57,604 nt of DNA from assembly GCA_002717245.1 (NCBI GenBank), contig PBCY01000020.1:13482-71085 (forward strand). The letters run 5' to 3'. The stretch's first letter is position 1; every line of letters starts with the position of its first letter. Below are positions 29,064 through 39,142 of this stretch, in pieces. This DNA comes from Pelagibacteraceae bacterium. Its GTDB lineage: Bacteria; Pseudomonadota; Alphaproteobacteria; GCA-002720895. The notes beneath the pieces are model-generated. The model saw only the letters and a list, made by a program, of their open reading frames with translations, made no database searches and had not been told where the DNA came from. The position numbers were made by a program, and so were the translations under genes.

Positions 29064-29894
29064 GTGAAAAAAGTATTATTGTTTTTAGCATGTTTTTTTG
29101 GTTTTTACAGTAGCGTATTAGCTAATGGGGGTCCAAAACCTTGGCAAATGGATTTTAGACCAGCTGCTACTCCAACAATGGAAAAGGTTGTTGCCTTTCA
29201 TAATTTTGTAAACCCAATAATTATTGCAATTGCAGTATTTGTTATAGTATTAATGGCCTATATAGCTATAAGATTTAGTGCTAAAAATAATCCTAAACCA
29301 TCGAAAACTACACATAACACATTTTTAGAAATAATTTGGACAGTTATTCCAGTTTTAATATTAGTTGTTATATCTGTGCCAGCATTTAAATTGTTATATT
29401 TTTCTCATTCTAATCCTAATACTGAAATGACGATTAAAGCAATAGGAAACCAGTGGTACTGGTCTTATGAGTACCCAGATCACGGGATCGTATTTGATAG
29501 CAATATGCTTTGTGGAACAAAAGAAGAATGCGATGCTTTAACTGAAGAAACAGGAAAAAAATATGTAAGACTTCTTGATGTCGATGAACCTATAGTAGTT
29601 CCTGTTAATAAAAAAATTAAAATTATTTCAACTGCATCTGATGTTATCCATAGTTTTGCGGTACCATCATTTGGTATAAAAATAGATGGTGTGCCTGGTA
29701 GGGCCCAAGATACTTGGTTTGAAGTTAATAATGAAGGAACATATTATGGTCAATGTTCTGAATTGTGCGGAATGTTACATGGTTTTATGCCGATTGCTGT
29801 AAAAGCAGTATCTGAATCTGAATTTAATACATGGGTTGAAGCAAAAAAAGCAGCCGCAAGTAAAGATAAAGAAATAGAAAAAGCAGAATTTTAA
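29064..29894 (+). CDS. coxB: Cytochrome c oxidase subunit II
   Basis: LEIIWT, QWYWSYEY, DVIHSF, CuA motif CSELCGMLHGFM. Start set to the GTG at 29064 (SD plus signal peptide) instead of 29013. Confidence 0.97.
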   Translation: MKKVLLFLACFFGFYSSVLANGGPKPWQMDFRPAATPTMEKVVAFHNFVNPIIIAIAVFVIVLMAYIAIRFSAKNNPKPSKTTHNTFLEIIWTVIPVLILVVISVPAFKLLYFSHSNPNTEMTIKAIGNQWYWSYEYPDHGIVFDSNMLCGTKEECDALTEETGKKYVRLLDVDEPIVVPVNKKIKIISTASDVIHSFAVPSFGIKIDGVPGRAQDTWFEVNNEGTYYGQCSELCGMLHGFMPIAVKAVSESEFNTWVEAKKAAASKDKEIEKAEF

Positions 29895-29907
29895 ATAATT
29901 AAATTTT

Positions 29908-30768
29908 ATGAAATTTGAAAAACATAATTATCATTTAGTAGATCCTAGCCCATGGCCTTTTTTGGGATCAATTGCAACTATCATACTAGCTTTTGGAGCA
30001 GTTCATTATTTTGGTAGTGGAAATTCATTTGTGTCACCAGGATTAGATCCTAATGAAGTTGCACGTGGCTCAATGACCCCGATGCTTGTTGGTTTAGGCC
30101 TAGTAGTACTTACAATGATTCTTTGGTGGAGAGATGTTATAAAAGAGTCTCATGGAGGGTTTCATAATGAGATAGTTCAAATTGGTTTAAAATATGGAAT
30201 GGTTTTATTTATCGCATCAGAAGTATGTTTTTTTGTAGCTTTTTTCTGGGCTTTTTTTGATGTTAGTCTCCCAGGGCAACATGAATGGAGAGCAGCTATT
30301 GGCGGTGCGTGGCCTCCACAAGGAGAAGGTTATTTAAAACCAGAAACAATGCATGCTATGGGAGTGCCACTTTTAAATACTATTATTTTGCTTACATCAG
30401 GAGCAACGCTCACATGGGCGCATCATGGGCTTAGAGAAAATAATAGAAAAAAACTTATTGTTGGTTTAATAGTAACTTTAATTTTAGGTTTTACTTTTAC
30501 TTTTTTTCAAGCTTATGAATATCATGAAGCAAAATTTGGATTTACTGAAGGCATTTACTCATCAACATTTTATATGGCAACAGGATTTCATGGTTTTCAT
30601 GTTTTAGTTGGATCTGTTTTTTTATTAGTTTGTTTAATTAGATCTATTCAAGGTCATTTTTCAGCAGATCATCATGTAGGTTTTGAAGCAGCTGCATGGT
30701 ATTGGCATTTTGTTGATGTAGTATGGATTTTTTTATTTACTGTTGTATATTGGTGGGGGACTTTATAA
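29908..30768 (+). CDS. coxC: Cytochrome c oxidase subunit III
   Basis: YHLVDPSPWP, FIASEV, TGFHGFHV, AAWYWHFVDVVW. Confidence 0.97.
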   Translation: MKFEKHNYHLVDPSPWPFLGSIATIILAFGAVHYFGSGNSFVSPGLDPNEVARGSMTPMLVGLGLVVLTMILWWRDVIKESHGGFHNEIVQIGLKYGMVLFIASEVCFFVAFFWAFFDVSLPGQHEWRAAIGGAWPPQGEGYLKPETMHAMGVPLLNTIILLTSGATLTWAHHGLRENNRKKLIVGLIVTLILGFTFTFFQAYEYHEAKFGFTEGIYSSTFYMATGFHGFHVLVGSVFLLVCLIRSIQGHFSADHHVGFEAAAWYWHFVDVVWIFLFTVVYWWGTL

Positions 30769-30771
30769 CAA

Positions 30772-32358
30772 ATGGCATATTCAGCAACAGCAGAACATCA
30801 TGATCATGGACATCCTACAGGATGGAAGAGATGGGTATTTTCAACAAATCATAAAGATATAGGCACAATGTATATAATTTTTGCAATTGTTGCAGGATTA
30901 ACTGGTTTAGCAATGTCTTTGGGAATGAGATCTGAGTTAGCAGAGCCAGGCTTACAAGTTTTAGGAGGAGATCATCAGCTTTATAATACACTCGTGTCAA
31001 TGCATGGATTAATCATGATATTTGCAATGGTTATGCCTGCAATGATAGGAGGCTTTGGAAATTGGTTTGTCCCTATTATGATCGGAGCGCCTGATATGGC
31101 ATTTCCAAGAATGAATAATGTAAGTTTTTGGTTATTGATACCAGGATTTTTATGTTTATTAATGGCATATAAAACTGGCATGGGTTCTGGTTGGACATTT
31201 TATCCGCCACTTAGTTCTAAGATTGGACACCCTGGCAATTCTGTAGATTATTTAATTTTAGGAGTTCATATTTTAGGAGCTTCCTCGATATTAGGTGCAA
31301 TTAATTTTATTACTACAATTTTTAATATGCGAGCGCCTGGAATGACATTACATAAAATGCCATTATTTGTATGGGCTATTTTAGTTACTGTATTTTTATT
31401 ACTTTTATCATTACCAGTACTAGCTGGAGCAATAACTATGCTTTTAACAGACAGAAATTTTGGAACCAGTTTCTTTGACCCAGCCGGTGGAGGAGACCCA
31501 GTTTTATTTCAACATCTTTTTTGGTTTTTTGGACATCCTGAAGTTTATGTGTTAATCATTCCTGGCTTTGGTGTAATTAGTCATATAGTTTCAACTTTCT
31601 CAAAAAAACCAATATTTGGTTATTTAGGAATGGCATATGCGATGGTTGCAATTGGAGTTGTTGGTTTCGCTGTTTGGGCACATCACATGTATACAGCTGG
31701 TATGGATATAGATACGAGAGCTTATTTTAACGCAGCTACTTTGGTTATAGCTGTACCAACAGGAATTAAAATTTTTAGCTGGCTCGCAACTATGTGGGGC
31801 GGTTCGATTAGTTTTAAGACACCAATGTTATGGGCACTAGGTTTTATCTTTTTATTTACTGTTGGTGGTGTAACAGGAGTTGTTTTAGCAAATGCTGGTT
31901 TAGATTTTGCTTTACATGACACTTATTATGTTGTTGGTCACTTTCACTACACAATGTCTATCGCAGCATTATTTGGAATTTTTGCATCATTTTATTATTG
32001 GTTTTCTAAAATGTTTGGAAAAGAATATTCTGAAAGTTTAGGAAAGCTTCATTTTTGGATAACTTTTATTGGTGTAAACGTTACTTTTTTTCCAATGCAT
32101 TTTTTAGGTTTAGCTGGAATGCCTAGAAGAATTCCGGATTATCCAGACGCATACGCAGGTTGGCATGGGATATCAACAATAGGATCTTATATTAGCGCTG
32201 TAGGTGTTGTCGTATTTTTATATTTAGTTTTTAAAGCTCTAGCAAGTGGTAAAAAAGCTGTAGCAAACCCTTGGGGTGAAGGAGCTACAACTTTAGAATG
32301 GACTGTAAGTTCGCCTCCACCTTTTCATACATTTGGCGATAAAGTTCCAAAAACTTAA
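30772..32358 (+). CDS. coxA: Cytochrome c oxidase subunit I (A1 type)
   Basis: [41 protein letters not shown]. Confidence 0.99.
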   Translation: MAYSATAEHHDHGHPTGWKRWVFSTNHKDIGTMYIIFAIVAGLTGLAMSLGMRSELAEPGLQVLGGDHQLYNTLVSMHGLIMIFAMVMPAMIGGFGNWFVPIMIGAPDMAFPRMNNVSFWLLIPGFLCLLMAYKTGMGSGWTFYPPLSSKIGHPGNSVDYLILGVHILGASSILGAINFITTIFNMRAPGMTLHKMPLFVWAILVTVFLLLLSLPVLAGAITMLLTDRNFGTSFFDPAGGGDPVLFQHLFWFFGHPEVYVLIIPGFGVISHIVSTFSKKPIFGYLGMAYAMVAIGVVGFAVWAHHMYTAGMDIDTRAYFNAATLVIAVPTGIKIFSWLATMWGGSISFKTPMLWALGFIFLFTVGGVTGVVLANAGLDFALHDTYYVVGHFHYTMSIAALFGIFASFYYWFSKMFGKEYSESLGKLHFWITFIGVNVTFFPMHFLGLAGMPRRIPDYPDAYAGWHGISTIGSYISAVGVVVFLYLVFKALASGKKAVANPWGEGATTLEWTVSSPPPFHTFGDKVPKT

Positions 32359-32389
32359 ACATTAATGCTAAAATTAATTGAGGTTATAA

Positions 32390-33310
32390 ATGATAGCAAA
32401 AACTGCTTCTATCTATAAAAAAACTTCTACTGATTCTGATTATATTTTTTTTATAAAAGAATATTTTAGTTTAGTTAAACCAAAAGTAATGACTTTGGTT
32501 GTTTTTACAGCATTTACTGGTATTTTTATTGCGCCTGTAACAATACACCCATGGATTGCATTTATATCTATATTTTGCATAGCTTTAGGTTCTGGTGCAG
32601 CTGGAGCATTTAATATGTGGTATGAAAAAGAATTAGATTTAAAAATGCTTAGAACACGCAAACGACCTTTGCCTTCAAAAGTAATAAAAAAGAATGAAGC
32701 ATTGGGTATAGCAATTTTTTTATCTTTTATTTCTGTGTATGTTATGGCTTTAACCGTCAGTTATTATGCTGCTGCTTTTTTAGCTTTTTCAATTTTTTTT
32801 TATGTAGTTATATACACTATGTGGCTTAAACCAAGAACAAAATATAATATAGTAATTGGCGGAGCTGCAGGAGCATTTCCTCCTGCAATTGGGTGGCTCT
32901 CAGTTACAGGAAGTTTAGATGTATTACCATTTTTAATGTTTTTAATAATTTTTATGTGGACTCCACCACATTTTTGGGCTTTATCTCTTTATTGTTTAAA
33001 AGATTATAAAACTGCCGGATTTCCGATGCTACCTGTTGTGTCAGGTATAAAAAAAACGAAAGAGCAAATAGTAATTTATTCTATTTTAATGTTTTTAATC
33101 ACTTTAATTCCTTTTATTTTAGGTTATTTCGGAATGGTTTATTTGTTTTCATCTTTAATACTGGGCTTATATTTTATTTTTCATTCTTTTAAAGTTTATT
33201 TTGATAAAGGCGCAGAAAACAAATCAATAAAAATGTTTCTTTATTCTATAATTTATTTATATTTTTTATTTTTAAGCATGATTATTGATCATTTAGGATT
33301 ATTTAATTAA
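32390..33310 (+). CDS. cyoE: Protoheme IX farnesyltransferase (heme o synthase)
   Basis: KPKV, D..M.RT..RPLP, NIVIGGAAGA, WTPPHFWAL. Confidence 0.96.
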   Translation: MIAKTASIYKKTSTDSDYIFFIKEYFSLVKPKVMTLVVFTAFTGIFIAPVTIHPWIAFISIFCIALGSGAAGAFNMWYEKELDLKMLRTRKRPLPSKVIKKNEALGIAIFLSFISVYVMALTVSYYAAAFLAFSIFFYVVIYTMWLKPRTKYNIVIGGAAGAFPPAIGWLSVTGSLDVLPFLMFLIIFMWTPPHFWALSLYCLKDYKTAGFPMLPVVSGIKKTKEQIVIYSILMFLITLIPFILGYFGMVYLFSSLILGLYFIFHSFKVYFDKGAENKSIKMFLYSIIYLYFLFLSMIIDHLGLFN

Positions 33311-33312
33311 TT

Positions 33313-33435
33313 ATGAGTAATAAATTTAATAATAATGATTTAAAAAAAAGGAAGGCAAAAAATTTAGCTTTATTAATAATATTATTGATATTAGTTATTA
33401 TTTTTTATGTCTTAACTTTTATAAAGTTGTCATAG
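33313..33435 (+). CDS. 40-aa single-TM CoxF-like protein
   Basis: Not in ORF track. MSNKFNNNDLKKRKAKNLALLIILLILVIIFYVLTFIKLS fills the cyoE-ctaG gap and fits the basic-N-L-A...FY..T..K pattern of the small protein found here in alphaproteobacterial cox operons. Confidence 0.8.
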   Translation: MSNKFNNNDLKKRKAKNLALLIILLILVIIFYVLTFIKLS

Positions 33436-33441
33436 TATAAA

Positions 33442-33999
33442 ATGAAAAGTAATAATCTAAGAATTACATTAGGATTAGTTTTTTTAATAAGCTTTATGCT
33501 TTTTTTATCCTTTGCAGCTGTTCCATTATATAAACTATTTTGTCAAGTTACTGGCTATGGAGGAACACCTAAAATAGTTAACATTGAAGATGAAATAAAA
33601 ATTTCTGAAAAAAAAATAAAAATTGAATTTAATTCAGACATAAATAAGAGTTTAAATTGGAGTTTCAAACCGGAACAAAGAAGCATAGAGTCTAATATTG
33701 GAGATTCAGTTCTAGCTTTTTATAAAGTAAAAAATAATGAAAAAAAAAGCATAACAGGCATTGCTACTTATAATATTTTGCCTTTTGAAGCAGGACAATA
33801 TTTTAATAAAGTAGATTGTTTTTGTTTTGAAAATCAAACATTAGAACCTGGTGAAGAGGTTTTATTACCTGTTAATTTTTATATAGATCCGAAAATTTTA
33901 GATGATCCTAATGTAAAACATTTAAATAGCATTGTCTTATCATATACTTTTTTTCAATCAGATGAAAATTTGGAAAAAATTTCAAAGAACGATAATTAA
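33442..33999 (+). CDS. ctaG: Cytochrome c oxidase assembly protein CtaG/Cox11
   Basis: AVPLYKLFCQVTGYGG, CFCF copper motif, LSYTFF. Confidence 0.97.
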   Translation: MKSNNLRITLGLVFLISFMLFLSFAAVPLYKLFCQVTGYGGTPKIVNIEDEIKISEKKIKIEFNSDINKSLNWSFKPEQRSIESNIGDSVLAFYKVKNNEKKSITGIATYNILPFEAGQYFNKVDCFCFENQTLEPGEEVLLPVNFYIDPKILDDPNVKHLNSIVLSYTFFQSDENLEKISKNDN

Positions 34000-34002
34000 A
34001 TT

Positions 34003-34344
34003 TTGAAAAAAAAACTATCACTTTTGTATATTTTAAGAAATTCCTGTTGTCCTAAATGTGGTAATTATTCTATTTTTAAAAGTTTTTTGGAGATAAAAAA
34101 AAAATGTAATTGCGGTTTTAAATTATCTAACCATGATATTGGTGATGGCCCTAGTTTTTTTGCTATTTTTTTTTTAAATATTCTTATAATTTTTTTTGCA
34201 CTAATAGTTGAAATAAAATTTTCTCCATCATTATGGGTACATTTAATTTTATGGACTCCTTTAGTAATAGTTTTTTCGATTTTATTAATAAAATATTTAA
34301 AAATAATTTTTTTGTTTTTAAATTTTAAATATAGAAATAAATAA
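34003..34344 (+). CDS. DUF983 domain protein
   Basis: CPKCG..C.CG, D.GDGP, WVHLILWTP; cox operon context. Confidence 0.85.
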   Translation: MKKKLSLLYILRNSCCPKCGNYSIFKSFLEIKKKCNCGFKLSNHDIGDGPSFFAIFFLNILIIFFALIVEIKFSPSLWVHLILWTPLVIVFSILLIKYLKIIFLFLNFKYRNK

Positions 34345-35019
34345 GTGTCACCAAAAACAAGAAATATTACCTTAATGTCAATATTAGTTTTTTTCATATG
34401 CTCATCATTAAGTATTTGGCAAATTAAAAGACTTAAGTGGAAAGAAGATTTAATAAATAATATTACAGAAGCTTATAATTCAGATTCAATTAATATAAAT
34501 AAATTAACTGGTGATTTAAGTAATTTTAATTTCAAGAAAGTTTATATAGAAGGTTTTTTTATTAATAATAAAAGTATGTTTTTAGGCCCTAGAGTTCATA
34601 AAGAAAGAGTAGGGTATAATTTAATTACACCTTTTTTATTAAAAGATGAAAGATATATTTTAATTAATAGAGGGTGGATTAAAGAAAAAAAAATAATTCA
34701 AGATGTAAAAAATAAATATGAAATTGAAGGAATTTTAAAAGAAGGTAACATAAAAAATTTTTTTACACCAAAAAATTCAATTAAAAATAATTTATGGTTT
34801 TATATTAATACTTACCAAATGTCAGAATTTTCAGGTTTAAAACTTTCTGATAATATTTTTTTAGATTTAATAAGAAGCAAGCCAAATGATAATATAACAA
34901 TTATAAATTCTTCAATGCCAAAAATAGTAAATAATCATTTACAATATGCATTAACTTGGGCAATACTTGCAGTGCTATTTTTAGTCATGAATTATATTTA
35001 TTATAGAAAATATAGATGA
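34345..35019 (+). CDS. SURF1/Shy1 family oxidase assembly factor
   Basis: WQIKRLKWK, INRGWI, NNHLQYALTW. Confidence 0.93.
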   Translation: MSPKTRNITLMSILVFFICSSLSIWQIKRLKWKEDLINNITEAYNSDSININKLTGDLSNFNFKKVYIEGFFINNKSMFLGPRVHKERVGYNLITPFLLKDERYILINRGWIKEKKIIQDVKNKYEIEGILKEGNIKNFFTPKNSIKNNLWFYINTYQMSEFSGLKLSDNIFLDLIRSKPNDNITIINSSMPKIVNNHLQYALTWAILAVLFLVMNYIYYRKYR

Positions 35020-36509
35020 AAAGAGAATTTTATAAAGATTTAGAGAATAAGTATAAAGAAGTATCTTTACTCTATGAAATAATGGGAATTTTGCATTGGG
35101 ATCGATCAACAGTCATGCCTGAAAGTAGTGTTGTAGGAAGGACAGATCAACTAACTAATTTATATGTTTTATCTCATAAAATGTTAAAAGATAAAAAAAT
35201 TTATAATTGTATAAAACAATCTGAAAAGATTAAAAAATTAAATATTTGGGAGAAAAAAAATTTAAAATTAATAAAGAAAGAATTTATTATTAATAATTCT
35301 TTAGATAAAAAGTTATTGGAGAAGATATCACTAGCAACATCAAAATGTGAAATGCAGTGGAGAATTTCAAAAGAAAATAATGATTTTAAGTCTATAATTC
35401 CATATTTAGAAGAAGTAATAAAATTAAGAAAGATTGAAGCAAAAATAAAAAGTAAAGTTTTAAAATGTAGTTTATATGATGCTTTGTTAAATGATCATGA
35501 AGATGGGTTAAGTTCAAAAAAAATAGATAAAATATTTGATCAACTAATTTTGTTTTTACCTAAATTTTTAGAAGAAGTTTTAGATTTTCAAAAAAAAAAT
35601 AAAAAAATAATACCTATTAAAGATAAAATTGAAATACAAAAACAAGAGAAACTTGGGAGACTTTTAATGCAAAAAATTGGCTTCGATTTTTCCTATGGTA
35701 GATTAGATGTAAGTATGCATCCTTTTTGTGGCGGGGCTTACAAAGATTCAAGAATAACAACTAGATATAATGAAAAAAATTTTATTGAAAGCCTTATGGG
35801 CGTTCTTCATGAAACAGGACATGCGTTATATAATTTAGGTTTACCAGAAAAATGGAAATACCAACCAGTTGGTGATGCTCTAGGAACAGTTGTGCATGAA
35901 AGTCAGTCTCTTTTTATGGAAATGCAAATTTGTAGGAGTTTTGAATTTTTAAAATTTGCTTCACCTTTTATGAGAAAAGTTTTTAATAAAAAAGGAAAAC
36001 AATGGGAAGCTAATAATTTATATAATATTTATACTTTAGTTAAACCAAGTTTTATTAGAGTTGATGCAGATGAAGTTACTTATCCATTGCATGTAATTAT
36101 TAGATATAAAATTGAAAAAGATCTTATTGAAGGAAATATTAAAGTTAAAGAAATACCAAATGTGTGGAATATGTATATGAATGATTTTTTAAATATTAAG
36201 CCTAAAAATAACAAAGAAGGGTGTTTGCAAGACATTCATTGGTTTGATGGGACATTTGGTTATTTTCCTACATATACATTAGGTGCTATTTATGCATCTC
36301 AATTATTTTCTAAAATTAAAAAAGAATTACCAAATTTAAATATTCAAATTGCTAATGGTAAATTTAATCATTTAATAAATTGGTTAAGAAGTAATGTTCA
36401 TTCAAAAGGATCATTATCAAATAGCGAAGATTTAGTTAAAAAAGTTACAGGAGAAGAATTAAATATTGAATATTTTAAAAAACATTTAATAAATAGATAT
36501 CTTAATTAA
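35016..36509 (+). CDS. Carboxypeptidase, family M32
   Basis: HPFC, RITTR, HETGHA, HESQS, IRVDADE, GCLQDIHW, GYFPTY. Confidence 0.95.
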   Translation: MKREFYKDLENKYKEVSLLYEIMGILHWDRSTVMPESSVVGRTDQLTNLYVLSHKMLKDKKIYNCIKQSEKIKKLNIWEKKNLKLIKKEFIINNSLDKKLLEKISLATSKCEMQWRISKENNDFKSIIPYLEEVIKLRKIEAKIKSKVLKCSLYDALLNDHEDGLSSKKIDKIFDQLILFLPKFLEEVLDFQKKNKKIIPIKDKIEIQKQEKLGRLLMQKIGFDFSYGRLDVSMHPFCGGAYKDSRITTRYNEKNFIESLMGVLHETGHALYNLGLPEKWKYQPVGDALGTVVHESQSLFMEMQICRSFEFLKFASPFMRKVFNKKGKQWEANNLYNIYTLVKPSFIRVDADEVTYPLHVIIRYKIEKDLIEGNIKVKEIPNVWNMYMNDFLNIKPKNNKEGCLQDIHWFDGTFGYFPTYTLGAIYASQLFSKIKKELPNLNIQIANGKFNHLINWLRSNVHSKGSLSNSEDLVKKVTGEELNIEYFKKHLINRYLN

Positions 36510-36532
36510 AAAATTTTTTAACAATAATAATT

Positions 36533-37936
36533 TTGCATTACGAAAGCACTAGAAATAATAAAATAAAAAAGACTTTTTCTGAAGTTTTACTTTTAGGCCT
36601 TGCGGAAGACGGAGGTTTATTTGTTCCAAAGAAATGGCCTAAAATTTCTAAAAATGAAATATATAAATTTAAAACTATGAGTTATCAACAAATAGCTTTT
36701 CATGTATCAAAAAAGTTTATAAATGGCGAAATAGATGATAAAAATTTAAAAAAAATTATAAAAAAATCGTTTAAAAGTTTTTCAAAGAAAGAAATAGCAT
36801 ATCCAAAAAAATTTGATGAAAATAAATGGCTTTTAGAATTATATCATGGGCCAACGCTTGCTTTTAAAGATTATGCATTACAAGTTGTAGGAAATTTATT
36901 TCAGTATGTTTTGAAAAGGGAAAAAAAAAAAATTACTATAATAGGAGCAACTTCTGGAGATACTGGATCCGCAGCTATAGATGCCTGTAAAAATAAAAAT
37001 ACAATGGAGCTATTTGTATTTCATCCATATAAAAAAATTTCAAATATTCAAAGAAGATTAATGACAACGGTTAAGTCAAAAAATATATATAATATTGCAA
37101 TTAAAGGAAATTTTGATGATTGTCAGAAAATAGTAAAAAAATTATTTGTTGATGTTGATTTAAAAAAAAAGTTTTCTTTTTCTGCAATTAATTCTATTAA
37201 TTGGGCAAGAATTTTATTTCAAATTATTTATTATTTTTATTCTGTATCAAAAATTAAATCAAAAAATAAAAAATTTATTTTTTCAGTACCTTCTGGAAAT
37301 TTTGGTAACGTATATTCAGGCTATGTTGCAAAAAAAATTGGATTACCTATAGATAAATTGATTATTGGAACAAATAAAAATGATGTTTTATCTACTTTTA
37401 CAAATAAAGGTTTTATTAAATTAAAAAATGTAAAACAAACAATTTCTCCTAGTATGGATATACAATTACCAAGCAATTTAGAAAGGTATATGTATGATTT
37501 ATTTAGTAAAAACAATGATTTGGTAAAGATTAAATTAAATGAATTAAATAAAAATAAAAAAGTTTTTATAGATAAAAATAAGATTAAGGAAATACAAAAT
37601 TATTTTAAATCATCTAAAGTAAGTGAAAAAGATACTTTAAAAACAATAAAAGTTTTTTTTAATAAATACGATATCATACTTGACCCACATACAGCTATTG
37701 GAATTGCTGCAGATAAAGATAAAAAACTATCAAATAGATCAGTTGTGTATATATCAACAGCGCATCCATCAAAATTTTCAGAAACAATAAAGAAAGTTAT
37801 TAAAAGAAAGGTAAACCTACCAACAAAACATAAAGATTTATTAAAATTTAAAGAAAATTATAAGATTTTAAATTTAAATTATAATAAAATAAAAAATTAT
37901 TTAATAAATAAATCTAAATTTGTAAAAAATGTATAA
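36533..37936 (+). CDS. thrC: Threonine synthase
   Basis: YESTR, HGPTLAFKD, ATSGDTG, NSINWAR, PSGNFGN, TAHPSKF. Confidence 0.97.
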   Translation: MHYESTRNNKIKKTFSEVLLLGLAEDGGLFVPKKWPKISKNEIYKFKTMSYQQIAFHVSKKFINGEIDDKNLKKIIKKSFKSFSKKEIAYPKKFDENKWLLELYHGPTLAFKDYALQVVGNLFQYVLKREKKKITIIGATSGDTGSAAIDACKNKNTMELFVFHPYKKISNIQRRLMTTVKSKNIYNIAIKGNFDDCQKIVKKLFVDVDLKKKFSFSAINSINWARILFQIIYYFYSVSKIKSKNKKFIFSVPSGNFGNVYSGYVAKKIGLPIDKLIIGTNKNDVLSTFTNKGFIKLKNVKQTISPSMDIQLPSNLERYMYDLFSKNNDLVKIKLNELNKNKKVFIDKNKIKEIQNYFKSSKVSEKDTLKTIKVFFNKYDIILDPHTAIGIAADKDKKLSNRSVVYISTAHPSKFSETIKKVIKRKVNLPTKHKDLLKFKENYKILNLNYNKIKNYLINKSKFVKNV

Positions 37937-38501
37937 TATTTTTTTACTAAAAAAAGAAAAAAAGCTAATTGGTGAAAAAGTTCTATTGAGGAAGCCAAAA
38001 ATAGATAATTGGAAAGAGTGGGCAGAATTAAGACAAAGATCAAGGAACTTTTTACAACCCTGGGAACCAAAATGGCCAGATAATTTTTTAACTCGTGAAT
38101 CTTTTACAAGTTTTGTAAACATTTCCAATATTTCATTAAAAAAAAAAGATAATTACAACTATTTTATTTTTAATAAAGAAACAAATAGTTTAATGGGAGG
38201 CATTAGTTTAACTAACTATAAATCTGAGGCATATAAAAGTATAACTATTGGATATTGGATGGGAAAAGAATATGCAGGAAAAGGATATATGAGAGATGCG
38301 CTTAATTTAATATGCGAGTATTGTTTTAATGATTTAAATTTAAATAGAATTGAAGCAGCCTGTTTGCCAAAAAATTTAGTTAGTAAAAAAGTGTTACTTA
38401 ATGTTGGTTTTAAAGTTGAAGGATACGCAAAAAAATATTTAAATATAAATGGAAAATTAGAAGATCATTTACTTTTAGCAAAAATTAAAAAAAGCATTTA
38501 G
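37929..38501 (+). CDS. RimJ-like GNAT N-acetyltransferase
   Basis: WAELRQRSRNFLQPWEP, GYWMG..YAGKGYM, RIEAACLP. Confidence 0.88.
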   Translation: MYNIFLLKKEKKLIGEKVLLRKPKIDNWKEWAELRQRSRNFLQPWEPKWPDNFLTRESFTSFVNISNISLKKKDNYNYFIFNKETNSLMGGISLTNYKSEAYKSITIGYWMGKEYAGKGYMRDALNLICEYCFNDLNLNRIEAACLPKNLVSKKVLLNVGFKVEGYAKKYLNINGKLEDHLLLAKIKKSI

Positions 38502-39064
38502 CATTTGCCAGAGCTAGAGTTAAGAAAGTCAGGATTTATACCAATAGATTTAATTGCTTCTTCCCATTTCTTTTCTGCTTTACATTCAAAAATTAAATTA
38601 GAATCTCCTGGAGCAACTAACCATCCATCTTGGGTAAGTTCTTCTTCTAATTGTCCAGCAAACCAACCAGCATATCCTAAAGCAAAAAGAGTTTTTTTTG
38701 GTCCATGACCTTTTACTATCGATTTAAGAATGTTGATATTAGATGTTAAAAAAATTTTATCAGCAACTTCTATTGTGGTTTCATCTTTAAATTCTTTTGT
38801 ATGCAATATAAATCCTTTTTTTGTATCAACAGGACCCCCGTATGTTATTGGAATATTATCAATATTAGAATTATTTTTTAATTCTTCATTATCAATTATA
38901 TTTTTTATTTTAGTTTCTATTATTGGCTGATTTATAACAATTCCCATTGCTCCTTCATTTTTATGTGTAATCATATAAATGACTGATTTATGGAATCTCG
39001 GATCCATCATTGCAGGGGAAGCAATTAAGAATTTTCCAGATAAAAATTTTTTTTTTCTTTTCAT
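38498..39064 (-). CDS. YqgE/AlgH (UPF0301) family protein
   Basis: LIASP.M.DPRF, GGPV, GYAGW..GQLE.E. Confidence 0.93.
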   Translation of the reverse strand: MKRKKKFLSGKFLIASPAMMDPRFHKSVIYMITHKNEGAMGIVINQPIIETKIKNIIDNEELKNNSNIDNIPITYGGPVDTKKGFILHTKEFKDETTIEVADKIFLTSNINILKSIVKGHGPKKTLFALGYAGWFAGQLEEELTQDGWLVAPGDSNLIFECKAEKKWEEAIKSIGINPDFLNSSSGKC

Positions 39065-39142
39065 AAGTAATTAATATGAAATATATCATTTATTATAATA
39101 AAAATTAATACATATTGTTTATAGTTAATTTAAATTATTAAA

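Noticed and set aside
29064-32358. Higher GC of coxBCA and atpE as a sign of horizontal transfer
   Set aside because: It is explained by conserved Gly/Ala-rich, highly expressed membrane proteins; third codon positions remain AT-rich.
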